A stretch of DNA of 64,000 nucleotides, taken from Takakia lepidozioides. Lineage: Eukaryota; Plantae; Bryophyta. Shown here in pieces: positions 24,001 through 36,141 of the stretch. A model generated the notes under the pieces. The model did no database searches, had not been told where the DNA came from, and saw nothing but the letters and a program-made list of their open reading frames with translations. The DNA is taken from the NCBI GenBank assembly GCA_030704615.1, contig CM060732.1:10974001-11038000 (forward strand), given 5' to 3'. Made by a program: the position numbers and the translations under genes. The stretch's first letter is position 1, and each line of letters begins with the position of its first letter.

Positions 24001-24185
24001 TGAACAATACCCTGGTGAACATGTTTGCAAAATGTGGGTGCATCTAGGATGCAAAGGGAGTGTTTGACACTATGGCTGAACGAGATGTGGTGTCGTGGAG
24101 TGCGATGCTTGCAGGGTATGCACGACAGGGACGTGGGATGGAGGCTTTGGAGAGCTATGAACAAATGATGGGGGAAGCACATCAT
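21001..24185 (-). mobile_element. CACTA-superfamily remnant (CACTG terminus) with transposase fragment and captured PDF/PPR cargo
   Basis: Begins CACTGGAGGAAAAAC with dense aaccact/agtggtt subterminal repeats. 22325-22600 encodes PVSSRWIYPMERYMKDLKGYVRNYAKPEGS (CACTA DUF4218-type region). Other TIR not found. Confidence 0.75.
23130..24185 (+). pseudogene. PDF-gene fragments (~23130-23738) joined to PPR fragments (~23739-24185)
   Basis: FTDPS*WWDNRNRK|gt and GLSNPPWV, homologous to 1700-2200; then LVNMFAKCGCI*..ERDVVSWSAMLAGYARQG. Confidence 0.8.
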
Positions 24186-24189
24186 GTTT

Positions 24190-24907
24190 GTGGTACAGGC
24201 ACAATTCCCTTGATAGATTTGAAGAGAGCGTCTCTCTGGTGAGAGAACCCCGGACAATGAATCAGAAAATGAATATTGTCTTCAGGTTGCCCACACAACG
24301 GGCAATTGCACTCTCCCTTTCCTCTCTGCTTCTGTTTGCTGTTCAAAGGTAGGCTTCCCGCCCTGAGTTTAAATTTCAGTCTAGTGCCGAGAGTGGGTAG
24401 ACCCTCGAGGTCATCCATGATGTCCTCCCCCATGTCACAGACTGGAAACAAGTTCAGGGAAGTTTTCTGCCTAACTGCATTTTCATCAGCAGACAATTTC
24501 CTGCCAACAGACATGGCTTTGGACACTACAGCCTCTAAGTCAGATTTATCCAGGGTCAAGACTTGCGGGCTAAGATTCAGATCCTTGAGAATCTCTTCTA
24601 CTCTCTTCTGCCAGGACTTAGCCTGTTTGACAGGGCAATCTGCTTCCAAGATATAGAGTCGATTAACTTAGGATATCTGATGTTGGACATATGTTGCAGC
24701 TGACCCCACCATCTGACCTTGAATTCATCTCGCCGGGAACTTAAGGAAGGGATGCCAAACTCACCCCGAACAGCCACATTGGCTGTTTTGGAGCATGCTG
24801 ACATGCACTCCTTAAGCACCCCCACTTGAATGGATTCTAGAGACTAGCCTGGTTGGAGTTATCTTCCCATATTGCAGATGCGTAGTCCAAGGCAGGTCTA
24901 ATAACGC
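24190..24907 (-). mobile_element. Internal fragment of a second, diverged copy of the adjacent LINE family
   Basis: Near-duplicate of ~25200-25915 (RVIRPAL..CPLC..HFLIHCP..KGIVPVP) with substitutions and frameshifts; truncated at both ends. Confidence 0.85.
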
Positions 24908-24925
24908 GAGAAAGAGAGATTGTAC

Positions 24926-27900
24926 TCATAAGACGTTGTTTGCCGTAGCCTTGTGGCCATTGACCCCGTGCCCAGTTTGAGCGGGAACAAAAGGGACAGA
25001 ACCTACCTCTGTCAGGGGCTGACGCTGGTAGTAAGACTTACCTCCATATATAGAATTAATCCGGGTTTTCCAGATATCCTCTAGAAATCCCTTCACACAA
25101 GCATCAATCTGCTGTGTGTGATTTGCCCAAAAACTAGGCCTCAGGAGGGCCTGGGCTTTTGGCTCAGCCTCGAGACTTTCAAAGTTGGTAAACAGGGGTA
25201 CAGGCACAATTCCCTTAATAGATTTGAAGAGAGCGTCTCTTTGGTGAGAGAACCCCGGACAGTGTATCAGAAAATGAATACTGTCTTCAGATTGCCCACA
25301 CAACGGGCAATTGCACTCTCCCTTTCCTCTCTGCTTCTGTTTGTTGTTCAAAGGTAGGCTTCCTGCCCTGAGTTTAAATTTCAGTCTAGTGCCGAGAGTG
25401 GGTAGACCCTTGAGGTCATCCAAGGTGTCCTCCCCCATGTCATAGACTGGAAACAAGTTCAGGGAAGTTTTCTGCCTAACTTCATTTTCATCAGACAATC
25501 TCATGGCAACAGACATGGCTGAGGACACTACAGCCTCTAAGTCAGATTTATCCAGCAGGGTCAAGACTTGCGGATCCAGGTCCAGGTCCTTGAGGATCTC
25601 TTCTACTCTCTTCTGCCAGGACTTAGCCTGTTTGACAGGGCGGTCCTGTTTCCAAGATATAGAGTCGATTAACTTAGGATATCTGGTGTTGGGCATATGT
25701 TGCAGCTGACCCCACCATCTGACCTTGAATTCATCTCGTCGGGAGCTTAAGGACGGAATGCCAAACTCACCCCGAACAGCCACATTGGCTGTTTTGGAGC
25801 ATGCTGACATACACTCCTTAAGCACCCCCACTTGAATGGATTCTAGAGACTTAGCCTGGTTGGAGTTATCAACCCATATAGCAGATCCGTACTCCAAGGC
25901 AGGTCTAATAACGCGACAAAGCATGGTTTTCTTAACCTCAGAGTTGACCCCTCTGCAGTGGAAAAATTTAGTGAGCCCCAGAGCTTTGCCCTTGCCAGTT
26001 TGAACAACTTTCCGGATATGTGCATCCCAATTACAATTGGAGGAGAACTCAACGCCCAGGTAAGTGTAGGAAGGGAGGACCGGGGTCTCTTGGCTACCCC
26101 ACTGCCACTTAAGATCACTTCCTCCCTCTCCTCTGTCGTTGAATGCTACCACTGCACATTTGCTGACATTAGCCTCTAGCCCCCAAAGATCAAAGTATCT
26201 CTTCGCGCAGTTAATCAACTCCTGGAGATTGGTTGGAGTCTCCCCTATGCCTGTGAAGTCATCCGCAAACATAAGGGCTGGTATGGTGGTATCACCCACC
26301 CTTAACCCAAATCCCTCACTTTCCACATCCTCGAGGAGTTGATTGATGAAAACATTGAAGAGCAGAGGGGAGAGAGTACATCCTTGAGCTACACCTTGGT
26401 CTATGTCAAAGAAGTTGGACTTCTGTCCGTTAACAGTGACACAGCTTTTGGTGTGAGCATACAAGTTGTGGACAACTCTCCACATCTTTCCCTTGATCCC
26501 ACAAGACCAGAGGCGGAACCATAGGCCATCTCTCCACACTGTGTCATAAGCCTTTTTGACATCCAGGAAAAAGACATAAGTGGGTTTCCCTTCTTTTTTC
26601 CTTCCCTGGATAATCTGGCTTAGAGTGAAGATATGATCCACACAGCCCCTGTTTCGCCGAAAGCCAGCTTGGCCTTCGTGGAAACAACCTCTAGACTCCA
26701 GATCAACCTCGAGACGAGTACTTATAACTCTGCAGAATGTCTTGCCAACAGCATTGAGGAGCGTGATGCCACGGTAGTTCCCCGGTTCTTCTCTGTCACC
26801 CTTCTTGTATAGATTGACAATGACCCCCTGTCGCCAGCAAAAGGGGATCATTTCAGTCTTCCAGATAAGGTTAAAGAGGAGAACTAGGGCCTCTATCATG
26901 GGATCGCCACCGTGCTTGATAAGCTCGTTGACAATACCATCAGGTCCACCAGCTTTGTATCCATTTAAATGTTCAATTGCTTCCACAATCTCAGAAGAAC
27001 TAATGGGAGCATTATAAGCCATTGAAATATACTCCAGTTCATCAGGGCTGTTTTGAATCATAGGAACAGTTTTTCCAACTGTGTCCCTCCATTCAGCAGA
27101 AGACCCCTCACTGTTAGACCTAGAAGTTCTGCCAAGGATACTGTAGTGAGTTTCAAAGGTTTTGACAATGTCAACCGATGAAGTCACCACTGCACCTGTA
27201 GTAGTCTTCAGCGCTTGTACTTGCTGACCGTTTTCCAGCTTGTACAAACGTTGAAGGGCCAACCAGAAGTTCTTTTCATTACCACCATGGTGGTTTGAGT
27301 TTATTTCACTGTATAACTTGTCCCAGTATAATTTCTTCTGAGACCTAACAAGCTGATTGATATCTTTACGGAGCTGGTAGTACCTCGCCCACAATTCTCT
27401 GTTGGTTTCCAAATTGCAGCACTCTTTATAGAGGGCTCGTCTCTCAGCTATCTTGAGTTTAATCTCATTAGTCCACCAATTAACTGCTCTACCGCAGACA
27501 ATTAGTTTCCTCCCAATGATCTTGTCAGCCACGGAGGAAACGAAACTCTCCCAAGAGTCCACTGCTCTTTCGACTTCATTTCTTGCGTTAACAGAGCGTG
27601 ACTGAAGTTCTTGGAGCGATTGGACAAAATGAGGGAGAGCCTCTTGCAAGGCCTGGACGTACTCAGCCTTGACCTCCTCATTGTGGAATTTTTCTATGCG
27701 CCACTTCCGAATCGAACGTTTCACAGATCTCTTGGTGGTGGGAAAACACCTTTTGATCTCAGTCCAAACCAGGAAGTGGTCAGAGGTACCAATATCAGTT
27801 CTGTCGATCAACACATTGGCACACTGGGGAACAAAATTTTGTCCATTATGATATAGTCCACAATGGAACGTTCCCCAGTTTGGGATTTCTCACGAGTCCA

Positions 27901-28593
27901 CTGCACTTGGTCACCACTTGTCCTGTTATTCAAGGTCAAAAGCTGAAGCTCTTCTAGACAGTTAATTAACCGTCTGCCATTAGAATTCAGCTCGTCCTCA
28001 CCAAAAGGTCCAATGATATCGTCCTGATTGATCCCTTTGCCCACCCGGGCATTGAAGTCCCCCAATAGTACCACCTGACCTTTGGCAAGGAACGAAGCAC
28101 AGTCCAGTTTTACATCTTCGAAGGCCTTGTCTGCGTCAGCACTAAGGGTCCCCTCTGTGGGCATGTAAACACAACCAACAAAGAGGTCCTTTGTACTCAT
28201 GCCGCCCTTCAAATTCAGTTTTAGCCAGATACTATGCTCGTACCTCAAACCCTTGTTGATAATTTCACAATTGTCAAACAAGAAATCACGGATAAAGAAT
28301 CCGACCCCTTTTTGACCGCGTTTGGCAGAGGCTGCCTTGAGAGTACACATCTTACCTGCCCATTTATAACCAATGACATCTCCAACCAGTTTATCCGACG
28401 TTTCCCATGTTTCTTGCCCAGCACAGATATGAATATCATTAGTCCAAAGAACTTGTCCCACTTCAAGTTGTTTCCTTTGGTTGGTCAACCCTGAGAAGTT
28501 GAAAGTGGCCAGCCGCAAGCCAGCCCTTTGCGTGTGAATTGTTTGTCGTCTAGGTAGCTTGTGATTGCTCCTGGACGGCCAACCGTTCTGCAA
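24926..28593 (-). CDS. LINE ORF2 (APE endonuclease + reverse transcriptase + Zn finger) with one frameshift near 27810
   Basis: Two overlapping ORFs of 261 and 962 aa; the APE SDH motif lies in the second. Confidence 0.85.
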
Positions 28594-28594
28594 A

Positions 28595-28990
28595 GGGGAC
28601 AGTTACCCCATGTGTAGATTTTGCTCGTCTTGTGTAAACTTTGAGAATTGGTAAACCATTCAGGGTACCAAATCTTTCAGTTACACGACGCACAGGCTCC
28701 GCACACATAGGGGCAGATTGTCCGTCAGACTGCTTGGGGACAATTACCCCGTGTATAGATTTTGCTCGTCTTGTGTAGACTTTGAGGATTGGTAAACCAT
28801 TTAGAGTACCAAATCCTTCAGTTACACGATGTTCAGGCTCTGCACACTTAGGGACAGATTGTCCATCTGACGGCTTGGGGACAATTACCCCGTGTATAGA
28901 ATTTGTTCGTCTTGTGTAAACCTTGAGGATTGGTAAACATTCAGAGTACCAAATCCTTCAGATTCAGGACGTTCAGGTTCCGTACACTTA
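28595..28990. repeat. About three diverged ~142-bp tandem repeats between LINE ORF1 and ORF2
   Basis: ggggaca(g/a)ttacccc units start at ~28595, ~28736 and ~28877. Confidence 0.85.
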
Positions 28991-29774
28991 GGGGCATCTT
29001 GTCTTTCTGGCTGTTTGGATTCAACCTCATCCAGAGCATCAAACCGATTAGAAACTCTCAAGTTGAAGTTGTTGCCCTTGGTTGTCTTCCTAGAGCGCCC
29101 CATTGAATCACCAATGTCTAAGACCGCTCTCCAGCCAGTCAAGGGCCAAACTTCTTTGAGATTGAATTGATGCGGGACTTTATTAGAAGCACTTTTGGTC
29201 ATTGCAACCTTCAACGTACCCCTGTTATCAAGTCTCGAGATGGTACCATTAGCCATGAAATCCAAGCTTAAGCTAGAGCATGTAGTTTTAAAGGACACAT
29301 CGTCCATCCTGGGATTCACCCCAAAAACTACACATGAAGCCCTAGATTTGGCATAAGTAACCAATTCCCAGGGATCACCCTGAGGAGTGTTGATGTTGAT
29401 AGGAGCTAAATTTTTGATTGTTTTCGCAGGCCATAAGTTTAAGCACAGGAACCAACCCGAGCCCAAGTGCCGAGTATGCTAGACCGAGCATACGACTGCC
29501 CAATTTGGGCGGAGGGGCTGCCCCCAAGCGGTAGGAGTCCGCTTGTTACCATTCAGAGATCACACTCCAGGAAGTTGCAGGGAATGGCTCGTGTAGGCAT
29601 ATTCTAAAGAGGGAAAGGCCCCAAGCTTTCCAACTAAATCCAATGCACTACCTTACCTGAAGCAAAGCGCTTCAGGTCGAAACAAACAAGGACACGAGGT
29701 CACAAGGCCGGCATTCAGTCACAGAGACATTAATGTACTCCCGTTTCAAGTCCACCCAATGTCAATAGGCTTCC

Positions 29775-29775
<1 letters not shown>

Positions 29776-29830
<55 letters not shown>
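29776..29830. repeat. (GA)n microsatellite at the LINE 5' end
   Basis: Direct reading. Confidence 0.95.
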
Positions 29831-29834
<4 letters not shown>

Positions 29835-29849
29835 ACATTGGGGTTGTGA

Positions 29850-30101
29850 CTGGGGTGGGGATGCAACAGACGGGCACATGTCAAGTGCCAGTCTAGGGAA
29901 CCTTACGGAGGCTGGTGTAATCAATGTGACCTCCAGCAATGCACAGGCCTATTGCACAATGGATTGCTACAAATGGGCTCTCTATAAGCTGCCTTGCATC
30001 AACAACACCTATTCGCAGTTTCGCTTCAATAACGATGCCACCATGCAAGACGTGAAAACTGCTGTCACTAAAGGATGTAACACCACCAGCCCGTCATATG
30101 G
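29850..30101 (+). pseudogene. Isolated exon resembling a small Cys-rich plant protein
   Basis: GNLTEAGVINV..YCTMDC..CINNTYSQFRFNNDATMQDVK..GC followed by a G|GTGAG donor. Upstream part interrupted by the microsatellite and LINE. Confidence 0.35.
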
Positions 30102-31385
30102 TGAGTAATCACACCAGAAGAACCATTGAATCTCACAAGAGGAAGTAATGGAGGTCGCCCAGTGCAATTGATCTTGTTTTGAATGTGCAGCAGATACAAT
30201 TAGTGGAACAACACGTCTTTTGGGAATTGAAACTGGTGGGAATGGAGATGTTTGTCATGGCTGTAAAATTGTTGCGCAGGTAATTTCACTGTGATCCGAT
30301 CACCAAGCAGTAATTCACCAATGTCAGGCCCGGCACTCTGGGCTACAATTTGCTTGACAAGTCTGGCCCTCACATTCCTGTATTCTTGATTCAAGATCCA
30401 TCGTAGCATAGTAAAACTCAACTGCGTGTAGGTTTGTTGGGTTGTATATTAGAACTAGATCACACCCCAAATCTTGCAAGGCACCCATATGTAGAAACAG
30501 ATGAAAATCGAGTGATGTAGTGCAATAAGAGAGTCTAGGTGGGTCTGATTGGCTTCCCATCTGCTATCACGGTTCGTCGTGGCTTCAAACTTGGGAAGAG
30601 AGTATCATTAGAGGACGTTGCCGAGTTTGTCTGACCCATTTGCAAAAGAGGTGTAGCGTGCTGGTTATCTTTTGTGGCTGAATGTCATAACAGATTCTCA
30701 AAAGAATTTTCAGTGCAAGATTCACCACCTCTCGCGAATCAGTGATGTGTTTGTATACCTGCAGTTCAAATCCATTCCGCCTCACAACATAGGTTACCAG
30801 AGTTGAATTTCTCTGAGTAAGCTAAAACTCACATTCAACAAATCTGAGCTAGAGAAGGTGTGTATTCGCAAAGCATTGTAGAACATGGACAAGCATTGAA
30901 AACCTGATTGATGTCTGGAACCGGCAGGTAATATCACTTTTCATATTATAAGTTTGAAAATTTTCTCAAGATATCAATTATTTCAACTTACAATTTCCTC
31001 AAACTTATGATATTCTCCATTACTGAACAGATCCTCTTTCCTCTTTCTTTCTTCTACTCTTTCTAGTTCTTTCGAAGATTGAATGCTGGCAGATGTTTCA
31101 CAGATATCTGCTTTTCTCACTGACTTAGAAAGTGAGCTGGATCTTCCTAATAGTTTTAAATCTTCGTTGTAGTTTTGGTGACAAGGTTCATAGCTTGCTG
31201 TTTGATATGATATGCGCCTCCGGCCCCTTTTGTTGGAATTTCAAAAAGAAAGAAAATGTAGGCTACAAAAGGGAACAGAATCGGATTGCTCCATTTATGA
31301 GAAAGACGTGATGAAACTTCTAATTGGTAGACACATTTGTTATGGATTACCCACCGTGGTATGTTTGCTTCTCATTTAACAATAC

Positions 31386-31528
31386 TAGGGTCATAAATTC
31401 CCGCACGTGTGGCTGCGGCGGGCCCCCGTGTGGCAGAGGGGGGTCGCGGACCAGTCAATGGGCGGTGGGCTTATGAGCTCACCCCAAGGGCCCTACTGGC
31501 GGGGCCCGCCCGTGTATTCATGACCCTA
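31386..31528. mobile_element. Small GC-rich MITE-like insertion
   Basis: TIRs TAGGGTCATAAAT / ATTCATGACCCTA around a GC-rich core in AT-rich DNA. No clear TSD. Confidence 0.5.
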
Positions 31529-34500
31529 TTATTAAAAAAATGAGAGGCTAAATTTTTTGTTGTCATCTTTGAAAGAAGCAAAATGAAATGTATGCCTAAA
31601 TGCCATACATTCCACGTGTGTGTTTCTAAGGCCTCCCTCCATAGCATATTGACGCACCCCCTCCCATTACTTAATGGGCAGCATTTTTTTGCCCTCCTTA
31701 GTCAAGAACTAACATACATAATCATATCTGTGCAAACAAACCAACAAATAATCATGTATTACATTATCGAGTTCAAGGGTAATTTACACTTCAACTTTTT
31801 TGTTCCACAATTCTAAATTAATATGTCATTACACATGGAGATCCATACATAATTATATCAAAATTCATCTATATGTACATATGGATATATATACAAACAC
31901 ATGTGACAGATCTATATCCCAAGCTAAAACAACAATCGCTCCGGGTGTTTCCTTTAAAGAGAAAAACCCCCAAAATCAACAACAAAAACAACCATCATTT
32001 AGTAACTGAAATAAAAATACATTATGTTGAATGCTGCTCCAACAACAACAATTGCACACTCTTGTATCTCCTTTCTTAGTAAATAATAAATATTTTAAAA
32101 ATATTAATCACAAGATGATATTAGATTGTTGTAAAACAACTACGAACAAGAATCATATCATACAAACTGTACAAACATCAAATCAAATCACTGCGTAATG
32201 TTATATCTATATATTAAAAAAATAAAATAAAGGTAGCTTTAAAGGTCGTAGTTATGAAAGGCAGTTACACTATGCGGGCTTCTATAGACCAATTGAGTGT
32301 TCAAACAAAGATTCCAGGCAATTTTCGTGGCATATTGACACATCCACTCCCATTCTTCAGTTGATGGCATCATTGTAAATTAAATTGAAGTGATCCAAGA
32401 TGTATAATAAATACCACAACATATATTTTATGCTCTTCAGCTTTATAGTAAGTCTCCAAAGACGCCAATTTCCTCGGCCAACATCCTTCCAAACCCTTGG
32501 GTTTGCATTTTGAGACAATGACAAGAAACTTCTCCAAATGAATCTTCATCATCTGTCATATAAGTTGTTCCACAACATTCACCAGCAGACTGACATATTT
32601 CTTCAATACACACAAAAACGTTAAAGTGTGGATAACATCATAGTTTATAAGGTCAAGGCAAATGCCAAAGCCATACAATTTATGCAACCGCCACAAAACA
32701 AAATAGTCCCTTTATGTAACAGCATTATCCTCGACTTGAGTTGCAGTTATGTGAGTTTTTCTTGTTTCGTAAGTTGAAGTGACAATTTTTCGTATTATGT
32801 CATTTGGCAAATGTCGCAAGAGACCTTAGCGCTAAATTTCCATAGTTTTTGCATAGTTGATAGTAGATGTCGTTTCGTATTATCACTTCTTTGTCTGAAA
32901 CTTGTAGTAATTTGGTACTTTATGACGCTTCCAGTAGACCGAACGAATTGGATCTCATGTCGTGGCACTGACAACGAGTAGCCATCGTCTTTTGACCCCC
33001 CAACCTTGCAGGGGGAATGATTTGGAATTGCATATGAAACAATTAGACCATTTACATATGTATCTTCCAACTCATGAGCAATGGTTCTACACTGATTTTT
33101 GTGTCCCCTTGTTTAATCACTTCCTTCGAGCTAGCAAGCATGTAAAATACAAAAAAGAAGAGTATATCATGCCATTAGCACCATGATCTCAAACATCCAA
33201 AAGTTGATTTGATTTGTCCTCACGTTCTGAAACCCATCCCCAATCCATTAGAAATACGAAATTTCTGGAATCTCATTGCGACAAGAAAACATATGATGCA
33301 TCAACATCACATATTACAACAATTGCAGTTTGTTTACCATGAACTAGAAACTTATCAAAACTTTATTTGAATCTTGTTGAGTAATAATGTTTTGCATGAA
33401 CCACCCGCAAAATTGTCCTCATACGACACTTCCATAGTTGGAGAGTGTAACTATATGTTGATACAATTGCATATTATTCATATTTGTTAAGATTTTTCCT
33501 TTGAAACTTTTATAATACTAGTGCATATAATTCGATAAGACAAGATGAGGCCGTGACATTCCCTTGCCGGAAGCGCAAAGAGCTGTCTGCTGGATGAGTA
33601 CGAACTCATTGCCTCCTATTGCCAGATACATATGCAGTGAAAATTGGAAAAAATATCTCAAAGGCGACTTGGGAACCTGTAATACAGATGATTTTCCAGT
33701 TCAGTTAAAAAGCACATCATCGATGCTACAAAGAGCAGTATGGACATCCTCTATGTAATTTTCTTCTTCTTCCTCTAAGATTCTTCACAACATTTTTATG
33801 AAAAGGTGTTATCTGTCTTGAAATCACTTCAAAATTCTAGGTATATTTTTTTCTTACAAAAAGATATATTTGAATGTGCAAAATTATATATTTTTAAATT
33901 AAACTTAGTTACAAGTGAGGTATAATATGTAATAAATGTTTGATAAAATCAATCATATATATGTTAATCACATGCCTTACAATGTCGTCAATGTTCAACA
34001 TGATTTTGTATGTTGAAACTCATTGCATATAGGACAAATTTACTCCGTTGTTCTACAGGAACAAAATTTGTTAAGAAATTGAGCTGTGATCAACACCATT
34101 GCCATCCTGCACATCTACATTCATATGTTTAGAATTAAGAAAACATCTAAAAACTTCAGTTTGCGGCATAAAAATCCACATTTAATTTGAAATGACATTC
34201 TATCATTTACCATTAAGCTGGTCATTTTTATTCTTATAATATTAATCCACGTAAAATTTTAATGTATATAATATATTGAATTAACTTTAAATCAATATAA
34301 CTCAAAATTTTCAGATACATAGCATTATAATCATGATTCATATGAGTTATAAAATATTATGTAAATAGACAACAATCATAAATTCAGGCAATTGATAATT
34401 TAAACTTGTTCAGATTTAAATATTTTAAAATTATTACTGCATTAAATCGTACAATAATGTTCATAATGACACTATAAAAAGTAAGAATTTAACCAGTAAA

Positions 34501-34549
34501 AATTATTGCTTAACATATAACTTTAAAATATGACAATTCTTACCTTTGT

Positions 34550-36141
34550 TCACTTGATGTCAATGGAATTACCATTTGAAGAGCCAATCATTTCGGCCTT
34601 GTTGGTGAAATCCTTTGGAATTGGATGGGGTCGTTTATAATATAAGAAATATATTATAAGTTGAAAAAATCCCAGAAGTACTCCCATTCCATTTGGAATC
34701 TACAATTTGCAAACAATGTAGTGGTTATTGCAAAATATCGAGTAATTCAGAAACGAAACCATGTCAAATGATGTATTTTAGACATTTAAAAAATATTGAT
34801 AACATAATATATCAAATTTTATAAAATTAAAAATATATAGACTAAATGCCTCTCCTACAAAAATAAATAAGTTCACCTCATACAATTTTAGATGAAAGAA
34901 TGACTTACACAAATGTAAACGTCTTTGGTTACGCTACCATAGGTGATCCACACAATCCCATTCATACATCCACATAATGATAACATAAATGGCATATATT
35001 TCGTACTTTTTGTTCGGATAACAACTTTCTATGCACCCAAATCCAACACAATGTTTTAGTAAAATCACTCTAATGCTTTGAAAATTTCAAAATCATATCC
35101 ATGATAATAACTGAAATAAGTATGTTGATAAAACTCAATATTTTAAGAAATATCATTAAAATTAAATAAAAGTCTAAACTCATAGAAATCAATTTGAGCA
35201 TTAATGTTTAATCTTACCACAATTGAAAGAGGCGATGCATGCATAAATGAGCCCACAACGACACATATTGAACCCACAATAAGCTTGCGTGTGTGCAAAT
35301 CATTTGTGATTTTTAATGTGCAGACTGCCAGAATAATGAAGCATGTCAGATTGGTACTCAATAGTATTACGACACTTTTCTGCAAAATAAATCATGTGTC
35401 ATGTTAGAACCACGAAGAAAATTAAATTTGAAAAAATATTCTTACTCTAAAAATGTAGTATGAGAACACGAGTTTTAAGAAATTACCCTATTTTCTTTGT
35501 TGCCATAATACAAGAAAATGGAGATGTAGATAATCTCGAGAAAGCTTCCAACGGTATTAATGCTCACCACCAATATGTGATTATATGTCACAAACGGGAG
35601 CCCATAAAAGGTCCATAACATGCAATTCAACAATGCCATCACATACGGAAATCCTGAAAAATGTCCAGTTGTTTCGTTGCGCATGATTTTCCACAAGGTT
35701 GGCCTGAAACATATAAATACACTTAATTTAGTAGATTGTTAGACTATTTGAATTATTCATAAATCTGAACAAACAAAAAATGAGACACCTGCAATCTTTG
35801 AGCTATAAAACTCAAGCAATTTAATTGAAGAGTAAATATATTCATACTCACATGGGTGACACATATAACGACAACGATGTTGCATTGCCTGTCCATTCAT
35901 CCAATCCACTGTCATTTGTTCATCTCCAAACTTTCTATCATCAACAACATACAAATTCATTAGATCTAAGTTTGACCTTTGTATGTCTATAAGCTAGTAA
36001 TATATTCTCTAGTTCTAGTATTTCCTACAATATAAATCAAATGCGTGAATCTTCATTGTATATACAACAATATAAAAAATGATGTGATGGATTGCAGTTA
36101 CCAATGGCTCCTACAATTGTTGTCACCAGTTTCATTGTCAT
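34550..36141 (-). CDS. SWEET: SWEET (MtN3/saliva) sugar transporter, 6 exons, intact
   Basis: Exons 36141-36102, 35888-35852, 35703-35487, 35379-35218, 35028-34909, 34699-34550; all GT-AG and in frame. Motifs GNATS..VSP, FSGFPY..LLNC.LW..YG, ASPLS, TKS..YMPF.LS, IPNGMG. Confidence 0.93.

Larger units (their letters stand above)
24920..29775 (-). mobile_element. Near full-length APE-type non-LTR retrotransposon (RTEX-like architecture)
   Basis: Putative ORF1 28885-29466. APE 27808-28593 (LATFN, QETW, GDFNAR, VDY; SDH falls after a frameshift). RT 24926-27814 (YRGITLL, FLDVKKAYD, QGCTLSP, FADD, YLG) and C-terminal CPLC..H..C finger. (TC)n at both ends; no poly(A). Confidence 0.9.
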
